Shown here: positions 11,198 through 20,059 of the stretch, piece after piece | Position numbering within the stretch: position 1 is the stretch's first letter | Layout of the letters: every line of letters starts with the position of its first letter | DNA from: an uncultured virus (IMG/VR IMGVR_UViG_3300043438_001944) | Taxonomy: Duplodnaviria; Heunggongvirae; Uroviricota; Caudoviricetes | DNA length: 64,000 nucleotides | IMG/VR virus record: IMGVR_UViG_3300043438_001944 | Span: 1-64,000 of that record | Reading direction: 5' to 3' (one strand) | Notes under the pieces: model-generated | What the model saw: only the letters and a program-made list of their open reading frames with translations | Databases searched by the model: none | What the model was told of the DNA's origin: nothing | Made by a program: the position numbers and the translations under genes

Positions 11198-11981
11198 AAT
11201 AAATTATACGGTAATACTACCAGTTCATAAAATAGATGAGTTATATACAGAATTATTAATTAACTCAGTAGGTTCAATTCAAGATTTTCATAACGATGTT
11301 TTGTTAACTATTGTTTGTCCTAAAGATGTTAAATCTGAAATTGAAAAAATTGATTTAGGTCAAAAATTACAAATCACATACTTAGAAAATAAGGGTCAAA
11401 CAGATTTTTGTTCACAAGTAAATTTGGGTGTTGAAAATTGCAACACTGAATGGTTTACAATTTTAGAAATTGACGATGAGTTTAGACCAAATTGGTTAAA
11501 ATCGGTTAACGAATATACTGAAGAAAATAAAGATGTGGATGTTTTCTTGTCAATCGTTAAAGATGTTAACGTAAATGGAGAATTCATCAGTTTTACAAAT
11601 GAATCTGTTTGGGCTTATGGATTTAGTGACTCCCAAGGTAGTTTAGATAACGAAGTTTTATTGGAATATGAAAATTACCAAACAAGTGGTGGTTTATATA
11701 GAACAAAAGTGATGAAAGAACAAGGATTTTTTAAAGACAACGTTAAATTAACGTTTAGTCACGAATTACTTTTAAGATTAACGCACAATAATATTAAAAT
11801 AATGACAATACCTAAAATTGGATATCAACATGTTAATTTTAGAGAAGATTCTTTATTTTTTAACCTTAAAAATGATGAAAACAGTAAATTAACTGAAGAT
11901 GAAGTTAAGTTTTGGATGGATACAGCAAAAAAAGAATTTTTCTTTAAAAATAAACGTGATGTAACATATACTAAAGCCTAA
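11190..11981 (+). CDS. Glycosyltransferase family 2-like
   Basis: TVILPVH, VNLGVENCNTEWFTILEIDDE, ELLLRL. Confidence 0.75.
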   Translation: MHKINYTVILPVHKIDELYTELLINSVGSIQDFHNDVLLTIVCPKDVKSEIEKIDLGQKLQITYLENKGQTDFCSQVNLGVENCNTEWFTILEIDDEFRPNWLKSVNEYTEENKDVDVFLSIVKDVNVNGEFISFTNESVWAYGFSDSQGSLDNEVLLEYENYQTSGGLYRTKVMKEQGFFKDNVKLTFSHELLLRLTHNNIKIMTIPKIGYQHVNFREDSLFFNLKNDENSKLTEDEVKFWMDTAKKEFFFKNKRDVTYTKA

Positions 11982-12680
11982 ATGCCAAGAAAACGAACCC
12001 AAAAAATATACTTTGGGGAGGATCAAGAAGAAGCGGTAGTACGATATTTAAAATCCGAAGACGAAGACGAACGAAATAAGATATTCAATGAATATTTAAG
12101 AGAACCCCTAATAATAATGGTTGAATCTATAATTCGCCGTTATAAACTTTATAGAAAAGACATGGAATTCAATGAAATCCATACGGATACCATGTCTTTT
12201 TTAATTACAAAAATTAATAAATTCAATCCCGACGCAAATCATAAGGCATATTCGTACTTTGGTACAATATGTAAGAATTATTTGATGGGGGCAATACAAA
12301 AAGACACTAAAGAACAAAATAGACAAGTATCGTATGACGATATTTCTTCGGATATTGAGGGTCGTAGTGATTTATCTTATGTTATTGACGAATATGTCAT
12401 TGATTATAGAGATGTAATTATTAAACTAACAAATACTTTAGAAGAGTTCATGGAAAAGGAAAATTTAACCGAAAATGAACAAAAATTAGGGTATGCATTA
12501 CTTGAAATTTTTGAAAATTTTGACAAAATCTTCCAAGTGGGTGACGGTAATAAGTTTAATAAAAATCTAATCTTACTCTCATTACGAGAAATGACCTCAT
12601 TATCGACTAAAGAAATAAGAATCTCCCTTAAAAGATTTAAAAAATTATATAGTGGTATTTTAGTTGGGTTTTTAGAATAA
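11982..12680 (+). CDS. Phage sigma factor, T4 gp55-like (late transcription)
   Basis: Region-2-like KINKFNPDANHKAYSYFGTICKNYL resembles the gp55-family F-D/N-P...AYFT.IC signature. Confidence 0.7.
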   Translation: MPRKRTQKIYFGEDQEEAVVRYLKSEDEDERNKIFNEYLREPLIIMVESIIRRYKLYRKDMEFNEIHTDTMSFLITKINKFNPDANHKAYSYFGTICKNYLMGAIQKDTKEQNRQVSYDDISSDIEGRSDLSYVIDEYVIDYRDVIIKLTNTLEEFMEKENLTENEQKLGYALLEIFENFDKIFQVGDGNKFNKNLILLSLREMTSLSTKEIRISLKRFKKLYSGILVGFLE

Positions 12681-12694
12681 ATCTATTTATTGGT

Positions 12695-13069
12695 ATGAGA
12701 ACACAAAGAAACAATATTACTTTAGATGTAGATTCCGCATTAGCTTTAATGCAGGAAATTTATAATGATGTTGTTGAAAACAGGAACACCGCATCTACAA
12801 TCATGAGAAAAATGATGAGTTTCATGAAAGACGCTGAAGATATGAGTGTTATTGGTCCTGTAATTAAAGAACAACAAAAAATCCTTAATGATTGTACTGA
12901 AAAGAAAATCTCTTTAGTTAAGTTACAAGGGGTTTTATTAAAACAAACCACAGGTAGTGGAGGTAAAGGTATGCCTATGGGTAGAATGGAGTTATCAGAT
13001 GAAGATAAAAGAATATTAGACCAATTGGTAAACGATGGGGATAATAATAAAGATAATTACTCAATATAA
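12695..13069 (+). CDS. Hypothetical coiled-coil protein
   Basis: 124-aa ORF preceded by TATTTAT at 12684. Confidence 0.7.
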   Translation: MRTQRNNITLDVDSALALMQEIYNDVVENRNTASTIMRKMMSFMKDAEDMSVIGPVIKEQQKILNDCTEKKISLVKLQGVLLKQTTGSGGKGMPMGRMELSDEDKRILDQLVNDGDNNKDNYSI

Positions 13070-14976
13070 TGCCTAGTTCATCCCAACAAAAACAATCTGT
13101 AATCACTAAAATAAGGGCGATTACAAAAGTGGTTAATGAACCTAGTGGTAACCCATTAGATTCTTTTATTGATAACTCAATTGGTCCCGTTTTAGATGAT
13201 GGTTTAAAAAATTTCGATAAACAACCACCTAAAAAACTTACCGATTTACAAAGTAAAAATAGTAAAAAAAAGGAAAGTAAAACCGATGTTTTTGGTGATT
13301 TGATTGATATTGCAGATGCGTTTTTATCGGGTGCAAATAAAAAAATACAATTAGAAAGTCCTCTTGAATCTAAATCAAGACTAAAACAAATAACTAACGA
13401 ATCAATTGATGAGACACTTAAAAGTGTTAAAAGTATAATCGGTAACGCTGCGGACCAAGTATTATTTGTTGGTGATGGAATTTGTGGTACTAATAAAACA
13501 TTCCCATCTAACACAGTATCGTTAAAACCATCGGATTTTGACTTCATGAACGTATTACAAGTTGACCCAACAAGTAATAGTGGACAAATTTTATATGAAG
13601 GTAAAAGTAATGGTTCGGTTCAAATGAATACTGAACTTTTTAATTTATTTAATTCAGGTGGAAATTACGATTTAGCAACACCTAAGGGTGATGTTTTGAT
13701 GACTACAACGTGGGACGTATCAACTCAAAAATTTAATGTTAGTGGATTAACTGGAAACACAGTTAATGAATTTGTACAAGGATATTTTTCAACAGTTCAA
13801 TTACCAAATTTAAAAGATGTAACCAAGGTGTCAACCTTGTTAACACTAAAGGGAGACAACAGTGCCCCAATTGGTTTAGATATTGGTATGAATGAACTTA
13901 ATAGATTATTAAGTAAAATGTTGAAGAGTTGTAATGGTGCAAAGGCTAACTCATTGTCAAAATCTAATTTTGAAACTAATGACGAAATTGAAGAATCGTA
14001 TTTTGATTTTGATGACGTTGAAGGTATTGATTTAGAAGAAGAAAGTAGAAGATTTCAAAAAGTAATTAAGTTTAAAGATTGTAATGATGTCGTTGTCCCA
14101 ACAGACACATCAACCTTTGAAGATTTTGTTTATATGATAAACAACAATAATAAAATGAGTTTAAATCAAGTAGTTGATAACACATTATATAATGTTGCAA
14201 ATCTTTCATACCAAAATTCAGGTCAGGCCGCCTCATTACAAAATTTCCATATTAACATTATGAATAGTTTTATAATGAATATGCCAAAAGCAATGATTGG
14301 GACGGTATTGTCTCCAAAATTTTTACTACCAATTGTTGTAATATATAAAGCGGTGGTTTTAAAAGGACAAGAGACATTAAAATCGGCAAAGGACTTATTA
14401 AAAAAACTTTTTAAATTATTTACAAAAATAATTAAAGATATTTTTTGGAAATTTATAACTGAAATATGGAAAAGAATAAAAAGAGATATTTTAGATTTTA
14501 TCAAACAATTAGCACTTAAAATATTAAAAGATAAATTTAAAAAATATGCGTTAATAATTGCGGGTTTGATTGCATTAATTAATGCCGTAATTAATACAAA
14601 TTTAGATGATTGTAACGCTTTATATAATACAATTTTAACAACTATAAACACGGCACTTTCCGCCTCGTCTATTAGTTTACCATTACCAGCTTTACTGGCA
14701 TCGTTTGCTAATCTAAGACCGGGTACAAGTGAAACTAGTATGTTAATTGATTTTATTGAAAACGCGCAAAAAAATGGTGTCAATTTAAGTGATATTCATG
14801 GTGAACCAAATAAACAAATTAACCAAGCTAAATCCGTTATAAGTGGAATTGTTGGTAATGTGGTAAACAATGGTGTTGCTGCTGGTGGTAACGAAACAGG
14901 ATTTGGTATTACAGCAGATGGTATGCCTGTAACAATACCAAGAGGGTCATTAAAAGTTAATTCAGTATTTTATTAA
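13069..14976 (+). CDS. Hypothetical protein, probably structural (baseplate region)
   Basis: 635-aa ORF translationally coupled to its neighbour and upstream of the gp5-like gene. Confidence 0.7.
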   Translation: MPSSSQQKQSVITKIRAITKVVNEPSGNPLDSFIDNSIGPVLDDGLKNFDKQPPKKLTDLQSKNSKKKESKTDVFGDLIDIADAFLSGANKKIQLESPLESKSRLKQITNESIDETLKSVKSIIGNAADQVLFVGDGICGTNKTFPSNTVSLKPSDFDFMNVLQVDPTSNSGQILYEGKSNGSVQMNTELFNLFNSGGNYDLATPKGDVLMTTTWDVSTQKFNVSGLTGNTVNEFVQGYFSTVQLPNLKDVTKVSTLLTLKGDNSAPIGLDIGMNELNRLLSKMLKSCNGAKANSLSKSNFETNDEIEESYFDFDDVEGIDLEEESRRFQKVIKFKDCNDVVVPTDTSTFEDFVYMINNNNKMSLNQVVDNTLYNVANLSYQNSGQAASLQNFHINIMNSFIMNMPKAMIGTVLSPKFLLPIVVIYKAVVLKGQETLKSAKDLLKKLFKLFTKIIKDIFWKFITEIWKRIKRDILDFIKQLALKILKDKFKKYALIIAGLIALINAVINTNLDDCNALYNTILTTINTALSASSISLPLPALLASFANLRPGTSETSMLIDFIENAQKNGVNLSDIHGEPNKQINQAKSVISGIVGNVVNNGVAAGGNETGFGITADGMPVTIPRGSLKVNSVFY

Positions 14977-14977
14977 T

Positions 14978-15178
14978 ATGGATAAGGACAAAATAATTGA
15001 GGTGATTAAAAATGTGGAAGATAAATCTAATAAAGATTTATTTTTAGTTGTTAATGAACTCTATACAGAATACGAGAAAACAAAACAATTAATAATTGAC
15101 TTAACAAGACATTTAGAAACTGTAGAGAGTTTATATAATGATGTTAATAACGAAATAGGTAAAAGAACTAAGAAATGA
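14978..15178 (+). CDS. Small coiled-coil hypothetical protein
   Basis: 66-aa ORF coupled to neighbours. Confidence 0.65.
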   Translation: MDKDKIIEVIKNVEDKSNKDLFLVVNELYTEYEKTKQLIIDLTRHLETVESLYNDVNNEIGKRTKK

Positions 15179-16683
15179 GTACAATAAGTATTGGTATTTG
15201 TGACGATAATATCGACCCGTTAGGTCTTGGTAGGATTAGATTTAAATCATTCTCTTCAAATCCAGGTAATATAGAAGGAGCGTTTAACTATGAAAAATGG
15301 GATGCAAATGATCCATTTATAGCTTCACCTTTATTACCTGGCAGTATTAATCACGTACCTGAAACTGGACAGACAGTTCAAATATTCTCATATGACCCAA
15401 ATAAATCATTAGTTAATAAAGTATATGTTGCGGGTCCGTTTAATTCTAATTTTGATTTTAACAATCAAACTTTTTCTGATGGTGTTGGAGAAACTACCTT
15501 TGGTAATGCATCCAAAAAAGGACCTAATGTGTTTTTACCCGATGGTACATATGTAGATAAGAAAGCGAATGGTGCGTTCGCTAAACCCGAACATCATGCA
15601 ATACAAGGTATGTACGGTTCAGATGTTTTATTTACCGATAGTGGTGTTAACATAAGAGGAGGTAAATTCCCAACTAAGGAATTCGCTAACGCTAGTGATA
15701 GGAAAAAACTAATTAGCCAACCGATAATGTCAGACAACATTGCCACATTATCGTTAAAGAAATTTCCAAAAAAATTAGAACTTGTTGAGGAAGAAGAAAA
15801 GACAAAAAAATTTAAAACAGGTAAATTAAAATATATGGTAGAATATGAAATTGAAAATTTCAATTTTACCGGAACAACCAATATTAATTTCGATATCTAT
15901 AACACCTCAAATGAGAATGATTTATTTGTTATCCAAAATGTAAAAATTGACGATGCTAAAATCACAAGTGGATCAACATTAACACACGTTTTTAGTAATT
16001 TCAACGAATTACCAAATGCAACGGGTCATACTTTTACTGTTACAGTTTCAGGAATTACCCAAGCATATATTACGGTTAGAGATATTATTAAAGGATTTAA
16101 TAGATATGGATTTAAACATTTTAATGCAATGGACATGGAAGAAAATGTCCATCCATTTTATTTTAGACCCAAAAAAGTATCAGCGGTAACCACTTTAACG
16201 GGTACTTCTGAAACTAATCGTGAAACAGTTTTTAATAAAATAGACCCATTTAATAGAGTCACGAAAGGAATGGTATTTTCAAAAGAAGATGCAAATATTC
16301 CATTTGATGATGAAGTTAAAAAACTTACAAAATTAAAGGAGACGGAAGAAAAACAAGAACAGTCTTTTGCTTCCTTAAAAGGTGACTTGGTTTATTTATT
16401 ATCTACCGATACCAATGAAATAAAACCTATTAATTTTAAGAAATTAGACAAGTACGAAAATACTCATGAAAACTATATTGAGGACATTCACCCAAATACA
16501 TTCGCGTTAGTTAGAGGTGAGATTTTACTTGATATTTTAACCACAATGATGGATTTACTTGAAAGTCACCAACACCAACCAACCGAACCTTTAGTTAAAA
16601 GTGACCCCAATTTCGTTAGGTTACAAAAACAAATTTCCACTTTAGCAAATGACTTATTAAATAAATCGATTAGAATCAACTAA
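15175..16683 (+). CDS. Baseplate hub/spike protein (gp5/VgrG-like N-terminal OB fold)
   Basis: DNIDPLGLGRIRF...VPETGQTVQI at the N-terminus; C-terminal LVRGE..L...ESHQH (HxH). Confidence 0.65.
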   Translation: MSTISIGICDDNIDPLGLGRIRFKSFSSNPGNIEGAFNYEKWDANDPFIASPLLPGSINHVPETGQTVQIFSYDPNKSLVNKVYVAGPFNSNFDFNNQTFSDGVGETTFGNASKKGPNVFLPDGTYVDKKANGAFAKPEHHAIQGMYGSDVLFTDSGVNIRGGKFPTKEFANASDRKKLISQPIMSDNIATLSLKKFPKKLELVEEEEKTKKFKTGKLKYMVEYEIENFNFTGTTNINFDIYNTSNENDLFVIQNVKIDDAKITSGSTLTHVFSNFNELPNATGHTFTVTVSGITQAYITVRDIIKGFNRYGFKHFNAMDMEENVHPFYFRPKKVSAVTTLTGTSETNRETVFNKIDPFNRVTKGMVFSKEDANIPFDDEVKKLTKLKETEEKQEQSFASLKGDLVYLLSTDTNEIKPINFKKLDKYENTHENYIEDIHPNTFALVRGEILLDILTTMMDLLESHQHQPTEPLVKSDPNFVRLQKQISTLANDLLNKSIRIN

Positions 16684-16707
16684 TTTGATATTTATTAATA
16701 AAAAGAG

Positions 16708-18081
16708 ATGTCATATTTTCGTTCGTATTTTGAGAAAAACAATACCCTATTAAAGGATAGTCGTGTTAATACGTCAAAAAACCCCACAACTGAGATTTTT
16801 TACGGTTCTGGATTTTCCAAATTTATATTTAAAGTTGACTTAACCAAGTTAAAAGAAAAGATTACCAATAATGAACTTATAGTTAATTCTAACACAAAAC
16901 ACACCTTACACCTAACTAACACCATTTTTGGTGATGAAGGATTAAAGGGGTTAAACAGAACAACAGGTAGAGATAGAGCCACCTCATTTAAGTTGATTGT
17001 TTTTAAAATAACACAATATTGGGATGAGGGTATTGGTTTTGATTATCAAGACCTTTCATATGATTTTGTTGATGGTAATAAGACATATGATGAAAGACCA
17101 TCAAACTGGTATTACAGAACAACCATGAATTCATGGGGTACTGCAGGAATATATTCAACAACCCCAACAATTATAGGAGAACAAACCTTTGATAATGGAA
17201 ATGAAGATTTAAATGTGGATATTACCACATATGTTAATCAAATTTTATCAGGTGGTGTCAATCAAGGTATGGGTATTGCGTTTGACATTGTTTATCAGGA
17301 TTTAAACGTCGATAGGGACCAATCGGTGGCCTTCTTTACAAAATACACACAAACATTTTTTGAACCTTACGTTGAGTCGTATTTTGATGATGTTATTAAG
17401 GACAACAGGTCCAATTTTGTGGAAAAACAAAATCAAAATTTATACCTATATGTGACTAAGGGTGGTAACTACTATAATTTAGATAACACACCAACCGTAA
17501 ACATTTCCGATTCTACAAAAAGCCCAATAACCGGATTAAGTGCATTATCAAGTACATTGATTAAAAAGGGTGTATATAAAGTTACATTTAATATTAATAA
17601 CATATCGTGCGACGGTAAAAAATTCTTCTATGATAGATGGAGTAATTTATCTTTAAATGGTTCTAGTCTATCTGACGTAACTCAAAAATTCGTACCTAAC
17701 CCAATCACTAACGGATTTACCATTGGTGAAAATCAAACCGAATTAGAAAGATATAGTTTCCAATTTTTTGGTGTCAAATTCGGTGAAAAAATTAAAAGAG
17801 GTGATGTTAGAAAGATTACCATTACAATGAGGTCTATTAACACACCTAAGACTGTGATATTAGATGAATTATATTATAGAATGTATGTACTTGAGGGTAG
17901 AACACAAGTTAATGTTCATGATTGGACACTAATCGATAAAACAAATAATGAGAACTCATTTCATTTTGATACGTCTTGTTACATACCACGTGAATACCAT
18001 ATTGAACTTAAAGGTAAAACACATACGGAAGAAATACACTACAAGGAACCAATAAAATTTGAGATTGTCTCAGAAAAATAG
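16708..18081 (+). CDS. Probable virion structural protein (beta-rich)
   Basis: 457-aa ORF after TATTTAT at 16689; Ig-like and beta-strand patterns. Confidence 0.65.
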   Translation: MSYFRSYFEKNNTLLKDSRVNTSKNPTTEIFYGSGFSKFIFKVDLTKLKEKITNNELIVNSNTKHTLHLTNTIFGDEGLKGLNRTTGRDRATSFKLIVFKITQYWDEGIGFDYQDLSYDFVDGNKTYDERPSNWYYRTTMNSWGTAGIYSTTPTIIGEQTFDNGNEDLNVDITTYVNQILSGGVNQGMGIAFDIVYQDLNVDRDQSVAFFTKYTQTFFEPYVESYFDDVIKDNRSNFVEKQNQNLYLYVTKGGNYYNLDNTPTVNISDSTKSPITGLSALSSTLIKKGVYKVTFNINNISCDGKKFFYDRWSNLSLNGSSLSDVTQKFVPNPITNGFTIGENQTELERYSFQFFGVKFGEKIKRGDVRKITITMRSINTPKTVILDELYYRMYVLEGRTQVNVHDWTLIDKTNNENSFHFDTSCYIPREYHIELKGKTHTEEIHYKEPIKFEIVSEK

Positions 18082-18095
18082 AATATTTATAAAAT

Positions 18096-18509
18096 ATGAA
18101 AACAATTAAATTAACAGAGGAACAATTAAGAAAAGTCGTTAAAAGTGTCGTTAAAGAAAATGAAGACCGTGGTGGGAACTATATGTTCTTTGGTAATCTT
18201 GAGCAGATTAAAAGACAATGTGAATTATTAATGAAACTTGACCACAATATGGTTAATGAGTTATTAAATAATGGTCATGATTGGGCTGATGACCATATCT
18301 CAACAGCAAAGGAAAATATGGATCAAGTGTTTGATTTTATGATGAATGAAACCAATGGTGGTAGTCAAAAAAATAACTTAAATGAAGATTGTTGGAAAGG
18401 TTACAAACGAGTTGGTAGTAAGAAAAAAGGTGGAAAAATGGTACCAAATTGTGTACCTGTAAGTGAAGCAAGTAGTCCCGCACAACAAGCGGCTATTGCT
18501 ATCAACTAA
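18096..18509 (+). CDS. Hypothetical protein with IKLTEEQL leader
   Basis: 137 aa; contains a CWKGYK...VPNCV motif. Confidence 0.7.
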   Translation: MKTIKLTEEQLRKVVKSVVKENEDRGGNYMFFGNLEQIKRQCELLMKLDHNMVNELLNNGHDWADDHISTAKENMDQVFDFMMNETNGGSQKNNLNEDCWKGYKRVGSKKKGGKMVPNCVPVSEASSPAQQAAIAIN

Positions 18510-18517
18510 ATTATAAT

Positions 18518-18796
18518 ATGAGGATAATAATAACCGAAGACCAAAAAAATACAATTATGAATAGTAGTAATTGGGAGGAAGTAAGTGGTAAACTAATAAA
18601 AACATTCTATTTTAAAGATTATAAGGAAGTTATGTCATTCGTGAATGAGGTTATGAAAATCGCTAATAAACAGAATCATCACCCTGATATGACAGTTCAT
18701 TATGATAATGTTAAGTTATCTATCACAGACCACGATAAAGGTAAGGTATCTGATAAGTGTCATAAATTTGTTAATGAAGTAAATAAAATTAAATAA
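18518..18796 (+). CDS. Pterin-4-alpha-carbinolamine dehydratase-like protein
   Basis: W....GKLIKTFYFKDY...FVNEV..IA..QNHHPDM..HYD.V......HD.G.VS. Confidence 0.85.
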   Translation: MRIIITEDQKNTIMNSSNWEEVSGKLIKTFYFKDYKEVMSFVNEVMKIANKQNHHPDMTVHYDNVKLSITDHDKGKVSDKCHKFVNEVNKIK

Positions 18797-18797
18797 A

Positions 18798-19223
18798 ATG
18801 ACACATTTCAATAAAGAAAAAAGTAAAAAAACAATAATATCTATAACTGAAGACCAATTTCAAAGATTATTTGAATTTAACGAAGAAACTCCCGTTTTAA
18901 TATATGAAGATGAGGATGGTTCTGTTGAAAACACAAATTTTGAACCAACCAATCTTTTAAATGAAGCTGAATACCAAGGACATAAAGTTCAATTAGGTAA
19001 GATTATGCAAGGTGACATCAAGAAATTTAAGGTATATGTTAAAAACGATAAAGGTAAAATTGTTAAGGTAAACTTTGGATTTGGTGGTAAATCTGCCAAA
19101 GGTAAGAGGATGGTTATAAAGAAAAACAACCCTAAAAGACGTAAATCATTTAGAGCACGTATGAATTGTGATAATCCAGGTCCACGTTGGAAACCTCGTT
19201 ATTGGGCTTGTAAAAGTTGGTAA
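18798..19223 (+). CDS. Basic phage protein with ISITEDQ leader
   Basis: KKFKVYV...VNFG...RRKSFRARMNC...RYWAC..W. Confidence 0.7.
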   Translation: MTHFNKEKSKKTIISITEDQFQRLFEFNEETPVLIYEDEDGSVENTNFEPTNLLNEAEYQGHKVQLGKIMQGDIKKFKVYVKNDKGKIVKVNFGFGGKSAKGKRMVIKKNNPKRRKSFRARMNCDNPGPRWKPRYWACKSW

Positions 19224-19664
19224 TTAATAAAACACAACCTTAACCCCACATTCGTAGAGAAGTTGGAGGGATTTTCTTTGAGATTCTTCCCACTTCTCTT
19301 TATTTTTTGTGGTACATTCAGACTTACAATACACCTCCTTAATTCCTGAGTTTACAATTCCTCTTGCACAATCCATACATGGTAATCCCGAAGTTAGGTA
19401 TATTGTTGAACCTTTTAATGGTGTTCCCACCCGAGCGGCATTATAAATTGCATTACGTTCAGCATGTTCAAACCAGAAGTATTTTTCGGGTCTCTCCTGA
19501 CGTTCTTGTAACGAGTCATCCAAACCCCTCGGAAACGAATTATAACCCGTTGAGAGGACCTCATTGTCCGTTCCTACGATAACTGCACCTATCTGTGTAG
19601 ATTGGTCCTTAGATTTGAGTTTTACCTGTTCTGCAATCCCTAAAAAATATTCTGTCCAATTCAT
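19224..19664 (-). CDS. dCMP deaminase
   Basis: GYNSFPRG, HAERNAI, PCMDCARGI; start placed at ATG 19664. Confidence 0.92.
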   Translation of the reverse strand: MNWTEYFLGIAEQVKLKSKDQSTQIGAVIVGTDNEVLSTGYNSFPRGLDDSLQERQERPEKYFWFEHAERNAIYNAARVGTPLKGSTIYLTSGLPCMDCARGIVNSGIKEVYCKSECTTKNKEKWEESQRKSLQLLYECGVKVVFY

Positions 19665-19969
19665 TATACTAATTTTTGTGTTGACCAATAATTCAATCTA
19701 TTATCGGAATACCTGTTTAAATTACGAGCCTCTTTTTTAAGAATTAAATTACCCATTTGAATCATGTGATTCTTATTTTTTAAATCAATCCCAACAATAT
19801 ACCCACCAGTAGTTTTTTCATATGTGGTTTCTCTTATATATTTCCCCTCATCATCCATTACAAGATATTTTATTATCTCATCCTTCTTGTTTTTACAAGA
19901 AATACCCCTCTCATCGATGAGTTTAATTAGAATATCCAACCTGAGTTTATCGTATTCAATCTCTGACAT
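19664..19969 (-). CDS. Hypothetical protein with SAP-like N-terminal motif
   Basis: YDKLRLDILIKLIDERGIS...KKDEII; start 19969 lies just after a host-type promoter. Confidence 0.6.
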   Translation of the reverse strand: MSEIEYDKLRLDILIKLIDERGISCKNKKDEIIKYLVMDDEGKYIRETTYEKTTGGYIVGIDLKNKNHMIQMGNLILKKEARNLNRYSDNRLNYWSTQKLV

Positions 19970-19974
19970 AAAAA

Positions 19975-20006
19975 CAAAGATAAGAAATATTCCAGAATAT
20001 TCCAAA
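19975..20006 (-). promoter_or_regulatory. Bacteroidota sigma70-type promoter
   Basis: Minus strand reads TTTG-N20-TATCTTTG. Confidence 0.7.
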
Positions 20007-20009
20007 AAC

Positions 20010-20040
20010 AAAAAACCCCCGTATTTCTACGAGGGTTTTT
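20010..20040 (-). terminator. Intrinsic terminator after the major capsid gene
   Basis: aaaaaacccccgtatttctacgagggttttt hairpin with flanking A/T runs. Confidence 0.75.
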
Positions 20041-20059
20041 ATATTCCGATTTATTAAGA

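Noticed and set aside
12975..14783. Long antisense ORFs (12975-13547, 14223-14783; also 22659-23168, 24771-25259, 28574-28987)
   Set aside because: They are shadow frames of well-supported genes on the other strand, rich in Ser/Phe/Leu.
18470..18509. Possible truncation or frameshift at the end of 18096-18509 (SPAQQAAIAIN*)
   Set aside because: The end looks abrupt, but the next gene starts 8 nt later and pseudogenisation cannot be shown without homologs.
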